A stretch of DNA of 64,000 nucleotides from the NCBI GenBank assembly GCA_903832855.1, contig CAILDB010000014.1:144-64143 (forward strand). Direction: 5' to 3'. The number at the start of each line of letters is the position of its first letter. Position 1 is the stretch's first letter. The position numbers and the translations under genes were made by a program. Below the pieces are notes generated by a model. That model was not told the DNA's origin, did not search any database, and worked only from the letters and a program-made list of their open reading frames with translations. Origin of the DNA: an uncultured bacterium (GTDB lineage: Bacteria > Patescibacteriota > Minisyncoccia > Phycocordibacterales > GWA1-40-21). Positions 55,204 through 62,239 of the stretch are shown here, piece after piece.

Positions 55204-55232
55204 CCAGTTGTACGATAATTTCGTACAACTGG
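55204..55232. terminator. Bidirectional terminator, perfect 12-bp stem ccagttgtacga-taatt-tcgtacaactgg.
   Basis: Read directly. Confidence 0.6.
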
Positions 55233-55245
55233 AATTATTAACTAC

Positions 55246-56286
55246 TTATTTTACTTCTTCCAAAAATTTTAGGACTTTTTCGTTGACAAGGATCATTTCT
55301 ACATAAGCTTTTATTCTTTCAGGTGGAACATCTTTGTAATGTTCCTGCATATGCTTGCTTTCCTTTTCCACATCTTCCTTTGGTGCCTCTATTTTTTCTT
55401 CAATAGCTATTTTGTTTAAGATAAGCTGAAGTTTGGCTCTTTTTTCTGCGTCGGGAGTCCATTCTTTTCTCAAATCTGCCCAGGTTTTCTTTGTGTGTTT
55501 GAGATAATCTTCGGTTTTTATTCCTGACTTTTTAATATCATCTTCAAATTGCGCCTGCATTTTATCAAGTTCGCTTTCAACAAGGATTTTTGGCATTTTT
55601 ATTTCTGATTTTTCTGTAATTCCATCAAGTACAAGCATTCTTCTCTTGTCTTGAGCTCTCCTTTCTTTTTCTTTCAAAATGTTTTCCTTCATTTTATCTT
55701 TGAAGTCTGCGACATCCTTAAAAGCACCAAGTTTTTTTACAAACTCATCATTAATTTCAGGAAGTACGGGTTCTACTTTAGGTTCGCCTTCTTTCTGAGG
55801 CACAACAAACATTTTTCTGATTTGTTCTATGGTTTCTTCAATTTCTTTTTCTTCCACAACAACTTTTTCTGCAGGTTTTGAATTTTCTTTGGAAGCGATT
55901 TTTTTGTAGTCAGGCAACTTTACTTCTGGGGAAGTAGTAACGACAATTTTTATCTCAACCGGCGCACCAAGTGCAATTTTTGTAATAGAGATATCCGGTC
56001 TGCCCAAAAAGTTTGGAACATTTTCAATAATTAGCTCAATCAAGGATGAATCAATGGCGATTTCCACAGCATTTTCTAGGATGGCCATTTCACCAACCTT
56101 TTCTTTAATAACTTTTTCTGGAATATGACCTGGCCTGAAGCCTGGCAAAGAAATCTTTTCACCAAGGCTTTTAAGGGCCTTTACTTTGTATTCCTCAAGA
56201 TTTTCCGCTGATATTTCAGCAATTATCTCCACTTCGCAATTACCGGCATCTTTCTTACTTTTTGTCGTAAATATATTTTTATTCAT
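55246..56286 (-). CDS. tig: Trigger factor (reduced).
   Basis: GFRPGHIPEKVIKEKVG motif. Confidence 0.8.
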   Translation of the reverse strand: MNKNIFTTKSKKDAGNCEVEIIAEISAENLEEYKVKALKSLGEKISLPGFRPGHIPEKVIKEKVGEMAILENAVEIAIDSSLIELIIENVPNFLGRPDISITKIALGAPVEIKIVVTTSPEVKLPDYKKIASKENSKPAEKVVVEEKEIEETIEQIRKMFVVPQKEGEPKVEPVLPEINDEFVKKLGAFKDVADFKDKMKENILKEKERRAQDKRRMLVLDGITEKSEIKMPKILVESELDKMQAQFEDDIKKSGIKTEDYLKHTKKTWADLRKEWTPDAEKRAKLQLILNKIAIEEKIEAPKEDVEKESKHMQEHYKDVPPERIKAYVEMILVNEKVLKFLEEVK

Positions 56287-56322
56287 ATTGTGCTAGTCTA
56301 TATTAAATTTTGAAAAAGTAAA

Positions 56323-56463
56323 CTAGAAAAAATAGAAACCTCGTAGCAAAATGCTTTTGAAATGCCTTGGGAGGAGCGGCTGGCGACGGACAGAGAAAAT
56401 TTCTAGCAAGAAATTTTCGTGCATTTCAAAAGTTTTTTGTGGAGAGGTTTTTATTTTTTCTAG
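56323..56463. repeat. Diverged third member of the family-1 structured element (gcttttgaaatgccttgggagg ... cgtgcatttcaaaag), nested in the outer palindrome ctagaaaaaatagaaacctc / gaggtttttattttttctag in the tig upstream region.
   Basis: Shares ttttgaa.tg.cttgggagg and cgtgca.ttcaaaag with copies 1 and 2. Confidence 0.45.
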
Positions 56464-56472
56464 TCTTTCCCT

Positions 56473-56724
56473 CTATAATTTACTTGCACTAGTAGCAATA
56501 TTGTCCAAATTCATGCTATTTAGATCGCTTTTTATGCTGTTTAGGTCATCTGAAGTGTTTGTAATTTCGGCAGTCGCCGCTGTTTGCATTAACGCTCTTT
56601 GTTCTGCCATCCTTTGATTGTAAAAATAAAAACCACCAGTAACAAGAACTATTACGACTATGATAATAGCCACGATAGCTCCGCTTCCGTCGTCCACTTT
56701 ATTTTTTTGGATTTCGTTATACAT
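56473..56724 (-). CDS. Small single-TM protein (83 aa).
   Basis: GAIVAIIIVVIVLVTGGFYFY TM segment. Confidence 0.4.
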   Translation of the reverse strand: MYNEIQKNKVDDGSGAIVAIIIVVIVLVTGGFYFYNQRMAEQRALMQTAATAEITNTSDDLNSIKSDLNSMNLDNIATSASKL

Positions 56725-56737
56725 TTTGTTTTAGTGA

Positions 56738-56777
56738 ATGGATCCCGGCCTGCGCCGGGATGACAATCAGAATTGTC
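56738..56777. repeat. GC hairpin repeat atggatcccggcctgcgccgggatgaca plus adjacent hairpin gacaat-caga-attgtc.
   Basis: Family with 958-986 and 26447-26474. Confidence 0.55.
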
Positions 56778-56782
56778 AATTT

Positions 56783-57481
56783 TTATTCTGTTGAAGTAGC
56801 TTCTTTATTTTGCCCTGGCTCTATAGAATTTACAACATCTACTAAGGCAGAGTGAGCTTCTTTTATAAGACTTTTTATTTTTGCAATATCTTTTTTCAAT
56901 TGATTGGCAAGGGTGTCCGTGGAAGAAGCATTAATAATTTTTGTATTTAGTGTGGTTGTAGAGTATTCTGCTCTGAAATTACTCACAGATATTTTTACCG
57001 TGTTTATTTTTTCGTACGCTACGGCGAGAAGATCTTTGGCTGTGGCTACATCTACTGTACCAGAAGCTTCAAATTTTTCTAATCTTGAATTTATTCTTGA
57101 ACTCAAATTATCAAGATTTTTAATGGTTATCTCAAAATCTTTTAATGCGCTCATTTCTACCTTAGCTATCTTTTCTTCTGCTTTTTGATCCTTCAATTCT
57201 TGAACTGCCATCTTTATTTCTGTCTTTTTGCCTTTGATTTCCTCCTTTAGGTTTGTCTTATTTACGGTAGCAAAATTTTTCGCTTCTTGTATTTTGTTTT
57301 GCACATCTTGCCTCGCTTGTTGCATTTCTTGTATGGCCTTTTCCTTTTCTGCTTTTATTTCTTCTCTTTTGTCTTTTATGCTAGAAGAAGCCATGTCTTC
57401 TGGACTGGTGGTTGCCTCCTGTGCCGAAATAGAACCGGCAAATAGGATTGATAAAATTGACATTAATATTATTTTTTTCAT
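56783..57481 (-). CDS. Secreted coiled-coil protein (signal peptide).
   Basis: MKKIILMSILSILFAGSISAQ followed by K/E-rich heptads. Confidence 0.5.
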   Translation of the reverse strand: MKKIILMSILSILFAGSISAQEATTSPEDMASSSIKDKREEIKAEKEKAIQEMQQARQDVQNKIQEAKNFATVNKTNLKEEIKGKKTEIKMAVQELKDQKAEEKIAKVEMSALKDFEITIKNLDNLSSRINSRLEKFEASGTVDVATAKDLLAVAYEKINTVKISVSNFRAEYSTTTLNTKIINASSTDTLANQLKKDIAKIKSLIKEAHSALVDVVNSIEPGQNKEATSTE

Positions 57482-57554
57482 ATATTTTTTTGTAGGCTTT
57501 TTGAGCCTAAGTATTGATTATAGCACAGAAAGTACAGATTACAAAATACAAAAA

Positions 57555-57581
57555 GGCCCCGAAAATCTGATTTTCGGGGCC
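57555..57581 (-). terminator. nusA terminator ggccccgaaaatc-t-gattttcggggcc with a T-run on the minus strand.
   Basis: Read directly. Confidence 0.65.
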
Positions 57582-57603
57582 GGTTTGCTTCCTTTTTTTC
57601 CTT

Positions 57604-58812
57604 TTATTTCTTGGTTTCCTCTGGCACTTCTTCCACTACTTCCTCTTCAACATATTCTCCTTCAACTGCAATAATATCTATTTTCCAACCGGTAAGCTTG
57701 GCAGCGAGACGGACATTTTGACCACCTTTTCCGATGGCGAGAGATTGCTGATCGGCAGAAACTTCCACTGTAGCCTTCTTTTCTTTGTCGTCTATTTCCA
57801 CGCTCAAAACTTCGGCAGGTGAAAGTGAATCCGCAATAAATTTCTTTTGATCAGCCGACCATTCTATAATATCTATTTTTTCTCCACCAAGTTCGCTTGT
57901 AACTGTAGCAACGCGAACACCTCTCTGCCCAACCATTGAGCCTACAGGATCCAAATGTTCATCTTTTGTTGCAACGGCGATTTTTGTCCTCGCACCAGCC
58001 TCTCTTGCGATAGCTTTTATTTCCACAACTCCGGTGGCGATTTCTGGTGCTTCAATTTTAAATAACTCTTCCAAGAATTTTGGATGAGATCTAGAAACTC
58101 TGAGGAAAATACCTTTTGGAGTTTCTTCCACTCTGTACAAATATGTTCTGATTCTGTCTCCGGCTTTGTATCTTTCACCCGGAATTTGCTCTTCAAAAGG
58201 AAGCACAGCTGTGGCTCTACCCATATCTACATAGACATTTCCTCTTTCAATTCTTTGAACTGTTCCTGAGACAATAGTGCCTTCTTTTTGGCCGTACTCT
58301 TTGAAGACAGAAACTTTTTCTGCTTCCCTTATTTTTTGAATGATAACCTGCTTTGCAGTCTGTGCAGCAATTCTTCCATAGTCGGCTTTTTCTTCGAGAG
58401 GGAATATGAGTTCGTCTCCGATTTTTGCATCTTTTTTGATTTTCTTTGCGTCTGCAAGGAAAGTGTGATGTTCAGGATTGTAGTAAACGGGTTTGTTTGG
58501 GTCGTTTTCTATCTCCGGTTCAAATCTTCCTTCGCCTGACTTTCTGAAAGCATTTTCTTCTTTTGGTTCATCTTCTTTTTCTTCACGAATAATCACGCTG
58601 TCTTTGTCTACGACATTTTTGACTTGGAAAAATTCCATTTTTCCGGAATTTAGGTCAATCTTAGCTTTGATTATTTGACCTCTTTTCCCGTATTCTTTTT
58701 TGTATGCGGTGGCAAGAGCCATTTCTATGGCCTCTATCATCTTTTCTTTTGGAATACCTCTCTCTTGTTCCATTTGCTCTATCACCGAATTTATAACTTT
58801 TAGATCTATCAT
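57604..58812 (-). CDS. nusA: Transcription termination/antitermination factor NusA.
   Basis: NTD plus S1 plus two KH domains; MIDLKVINSVIEQMEQERGIPKEK. Confidence 0.85.
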   Translation of the reverse strand: MIDLKVINSVIEQMEQERGIPKEKMIEAIEMALATAYKKEYGKRGQIIKAKIDLNSGKMEFFQVKNVVDKDSVIIREEKEDEPKEENAFRKSGEGRFEPEIENDPNKPVYYNPEHHTFLADAKKIKKDAKIGDELIFPLEEKADYGRIAAQTAKQVIIQKIREAEKVSVFKEYGQKEGTIVSGTVQRIERGNVYVDMGRATAVLPFEEQIPGERYKAGDRIRTYLYRVEETPKGIFLRVSRSHPKFLEELFKIEAPEIATGVVEIKAIAREAGARTKIAVATKDEHLDPVGSMVGQRGVRVATVTSELGGEKIDIIEWSADQKKFIADSLSPAEVLSVEIDDKEKKATVEVSADQQSLAIGKGGQNVRLAAKLTGWKIDIIAVEGEYVEEEVVEEVPEETKK

Positions 58813-58826
58813 AGTGTTTGTTGCGA

Positions 58827-58939
58827 GCTGAATTTTTTGGAAAACAGACGCGAAGCAAAGTGTCTAAAAAGTGTCCCTGGCCGGACTTGGGACACTTTTT
58901 AGGCATTTTGCGAAGTGGATGTTTTCCAAAAAATTCAGC
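58827..58939 (+). repeat. GTCCC...GGGAC-family repeat (core 58842-58925) nested in a perfect 20-bp outer palindrome gctgaattttttggaaaaca / tgttttccaaaaaattcagc.
   Basis: Core near-identical to 33706-33788. Confidence 0.6.
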
Positions 58940-59019
58940 AACGCGATTAATTTAATAAAACGAGTTCGCCGTAAGCGAACTCTGAATATCCCTATATTAT
59001 CAGATAGTGAATTTTTGTC

Positions 59020-59033
59020 AAATGTGGTATAAT
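59020..59033 (+). promoter_or_regulatory. Extended -10 tgtggtataattt, 12 nt before the ATG. The identical 13-mer precedes pilB paralog 2 at 62213-62225.
   Basis: Exact shared 13-mer. Confidence 0.45.
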
Positions 59034-59045
59034 TTGTCCATTCTT

Positions 59046-62018
59046 ATGAACAAAAAACTTATTTTTCTTTTCTTCTCGATTTGTTTGGTTCTTTCTGTTT
59101 TTTCTTTTGCAAATATTGCGAAAGCCCAGCCAGCAGGTCAGCTAGAAGTTTATGTAAAAGATTTGACTCTATCAAAAACTGAGTACAAAGCGGGAGAGAC
59201 GGTTTCTGGAAGCTTTACATTGTGGAATGCGAGAGATATGACAGTCCCAAATGTGCATTATGTCATTTTGCTGATGGGAAATTACAAAAATTCTTTGCCG
59301 ACTACTCAATATGACATTACTTCTCAACTTGGTTCATTTTTCCTTTCGTCAAAAGAAAAAAAAGTTGTTAATTTTACATACAAACTTCCTGAATCAGTAA
59401 GTGGAGACGGGCTTGGACTACAAGTTCGTGCAGTTTTGGATACTGGTGCATCCCTCGGCTGGGCTGATGCAATGATAAAGGTGACTGGAGGCACGGGGAT
59501 AGCGACAATTAAAACCGCGAATATTAAAATTAGTAAAAATATTTTTGGGTTGCAAGAAGGTCCTGTAATTTATGAGAATAGCACAGGAACTTTGAATATT
59601 ATTTTGAAAAATGACACAGCGAAAGAAATTCAGGTAACACCCGATGTCAGTATTTACGACAGGTCGGAGTCAAGAGGAATTTTGGGTAATTACAAACAAG
59701 CAAAAATTTCTATTTCTCCAAAATCAGAATACACATTTACTTACGAACTTCCTACTTTTAATTACACTCCCAAGGTTTATGTCGGCAGGGTAGAATTTAA
59801 AGATGATAGTGGGGTAGAAAGAGCACCAAAAGTGGATTTTAGATATATTGTTGGTGGGGATATTGCGACAATAAATAGTATATCTGCCGACAAAACATCT
59901 GTAGGAAAAGGTGAAACGGTTATTTTGGATGTGAATTATTCAGGTTCGCCGTTTGATATTTTGACAGGTAAAACACTTGGAACGGCGGGTTTTTCTGACT
60001 TTGATTTGAAACTTTTCAATCAAAAAGATATTTTGGTTGGCGAATATTCCGACAAAGCCGATTTTAATAAAAATTCCGATATTCTCCTTACATTAAATAC
60101 TACAGGAAGTGCCACAGCCCTTCGGGCGGAAATGTCCGTAACAAAAAACGGAAAAGTTTTGACGAAATATAGTACAAATCTCTCTTCCGATTATGAACAA
60201 AAGAAAAATGAAACCGATTGGAGTGGTTATTTCTCCGCAAAAACAATTCTCGCAATTTTATTAGTTTTGATTTTAATAATTTCTCTTATTTTTATAAAAA
60301 CTATTTTTAAAAATAAAATTATTCTCGCTTTGGTTTTGCTAATGATTATTGGGATAGTAATAACCTTATTTTTTGTAAATAAAACAAAAGCATGGGTGTT
60401 GGATAGTTGTAGTGGTACATGGGACGACAGAGATCTTAAATGTTATGGTTCTGGAGATGCACAAATATATGATGTTTTTGTAAATTCGCCTTTACCCTAT
60501 GATCCATCTGGCTCCAATTATGTGCCAGGTCAGCCATATTATTTACTGATGTCAGCGACAGCCAATGCTTGCAGTAATCATAGAAGAGATTTCCAGATTT
60601 TTTCTGGTACATTGGCTTCAAATATTATACATAGAGAAGGAGAGGTATGCACTAGCAATTGTAGTAATGTACCAATGACTTTCTCTAGCCTTTCGCTCGG
60701 GCCTTTTTATGCCCCAGCAATAATTGGAGCGCACACGATAAATTTTGAGGCGGATATCGCTGGATATGCAGATAATAATTTTGCCACACTAAAAGGTCAT
60801 CAAGATTTTTCAGTTGTATCTCTGCCTGCCCCGACAGTTATTGCTACTGCTGGATCTAGTTGTTCTAGCGGAATACATCTGTCATGGAATGCTGTAAATT
60901 ATGCAACGAGTTACAAGATTTTTAGAGATGGGGTTTTGATTTCTACGACTTCAGCCACATCAACAAATGATACTGGCATAGACCCAAGTACTCGATATAC
61001 TTATACGGTGAAGGCATCAAATTCTGTTGGAGATTCGGCTTTATCAAATACAGTTAGTGCTACATCTGCAACTTGTCGTGTTGATAGTGGAAGTAGTCCA
61101 AATCCTGTGAGTGCAGCATCAGTCCTTTCTGCCGGTACCTGTGGAGGAAAAATTAATATTTCATGGGCCACTGTTCCGTACGCCACTTCTTATCAGGTAT
61201 TTCGTGATGCTTCCACGACGCCATTTATTACAATTATCTCGCCAACTAATTTTCCAGCTACATCTACGGTGGATATTATAGCGACAAGCACCCCCCATTT
61301 TTATCAAGTTCAGGCATTTGGTAATTTTGGAAGCTATTCTGTAATTTCATCCTCATCTAATGCCACGACATCTACAGGTTTATGTTTGGATCAAATTACA
61401 ACTCGTTGTTATACAAAACAAAATGGAAGTGAGACAAATACACCCCTAGCTACCTCCACTTATCCTGTAACTTGGAAAGTGGATGTCCTTACCGGCGGTA
61501 TGTTATCATATAATTATCAGTGGAGCGGATCTGTTTCTGGTAGTGGTCCTTCGTCTAGCACAATCTATTATTTGGGTCCGAAGGACGTTAATTCTTTTGG
61601 TACAACCTCAACAGTAATAGTTTCATCCAATTATTTATATCATAGGGAAGCGACTACTTCTTGCTCAATAACTGTTTATAAAAGTTTCAATAATTTGGAA
61701 AATATAAGATGTTCTGTTTCTCCTACAAATAATGCAAGTTCAACTTATGTAAATAAATCTATTTCGTGGAATGCAGTCGCGCCAATTTCCCCAGCGTTTC
61801 CTTTATATAATATAAAATATTCTTGGACTGGAGACGATGAGTTTTCGAGTTTTGGTAGTTTACCAACGAGTACAAAAATTTATACTACACTCGGAATAAA
61901 ACATGCAAGTGCTACTATTACAGGAACAGATGACATTGGTGCTCTATGGACCGGGGCATGTTCTACTTCTACAAATATTACTTTGGAAGCTGGGGCGGGG
62001 GGTTCTGTGGAGCATTAG
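59046..62018 (+). CDS. Large cell-surface protein: signal peptide, mid-protein TM segment, two fibronectin-III-like repeats.
   Basis: Fn3-like ...SWNAVNYATSYKIFRDG... and ...SWATVPYATSYQVFRDA... Confidence 0.55.
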   Translation: MNKKLIFLFFSICLVLSVFSFANIAKAQPAGQLEVYVKDLTLSKTEYKAGETVSGSFTLWNARDMTVPNVHYVILLMGNYKNSLPTTQYDITSQLGSFFLSSKEKKVVNFTYKLPESVSGDGLGLQVRAVLDTGASLGWADAMIKVTGGTGIATIKTANIKISKNIFGLQEGPVIYENSTGTLNIILKNDTAKEIQVTPDVSIYDRSESRGILGNYKQAKISISPKSEYTFTYELPTFNYTPKVYVGRVEFKDDSGVERAPKVDFRYIVGGDIATINSISADKTSVGKGETVILDVNYSGSPFDILTGKTLGTAGFSDFDLKLFNQKDILVGEYSDKADFNKNSDILLTLNTTGSATALRAEMSVTKNGKVLTKYSTNLSSDYEQKKNETDWSGYFSAKTILAILLVLILIISLIFIKTIFKNKIILALVLLMIIGIVITLFFVNKTKAWVLDSCSGTWDDRDLKCYGSGDAQIYDVFVNSPLPYDPSGSNYVPGQPYYLLMSATANACSNHRRDFQIFSGTLASNIIHREGEVCTSNCSNVPMTFSSLSLGPFYAPAIIGAHTINFEADIAGYADNNFATLKGHQDFSVVSLPAPTVIATAGSSCSSGIHLSWNAVNYATSYKIFRDGVLISTTSATSTNDTGIDPSTRYTYTVKASNSVGDSALSNTVSATSATCRVDSGSSPNPVSAASVLSAGTCGGKINISWATVPYATSYQVFRDASTTPFITIISPTNFPATSTVDIIATSTPHFYQVQAFGNFGSYSVISSSSNATTSTGLCLDQITTRCYTKQNGSETNTPLATSTYPVTWKVDVLTGGMLSYNYQWSGSVSGSGPSSSTIYYLGPKDVNSFGTTSTVIVSSNYLYHREATTSCSITVYKSFNNLENIRCSVSPTNNASSTYVNKSISWNAVAPISPAFPLYNIKYSWTGDDEFSSFGSLPTSTKIYTTLGIKHASATITGTDDIGALWTGACSTSTNITLEAGAGGSVEH

Positions 62019-62029
62019 TTTTAATCCAA

Positions 62030-62203
62030 GCAAAAGCAAAACACTTTTCGAACGCTCTGGCGGAGCAGTCAGAAAATCAACGAGATTTTTAGAAAAATTC
62101 ATCTGGCTGCCGGAGCGAATGCGACTCATGAATTTTTCGTTAAAAATTGAGTATGATTTTCTAGATTGCGGAGCCTTTAGTGAGAAAAGAGTTTTGCTTT
62201 TGC
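62030..62203 (-). repeat. Rep-B MITE-like element, copy 2 (reverse orientation) with different terminal inverted repeats gcaaaagcaaaacactttt / aaaagagttttgcttttgc.
   Basis: Core is the reverse complement of 14385-14545. Confidence 0.6.
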
Positions 62204-62239
62204 TTGGATTTTTTTGTGGTATAATTTACAGAGAACAAA

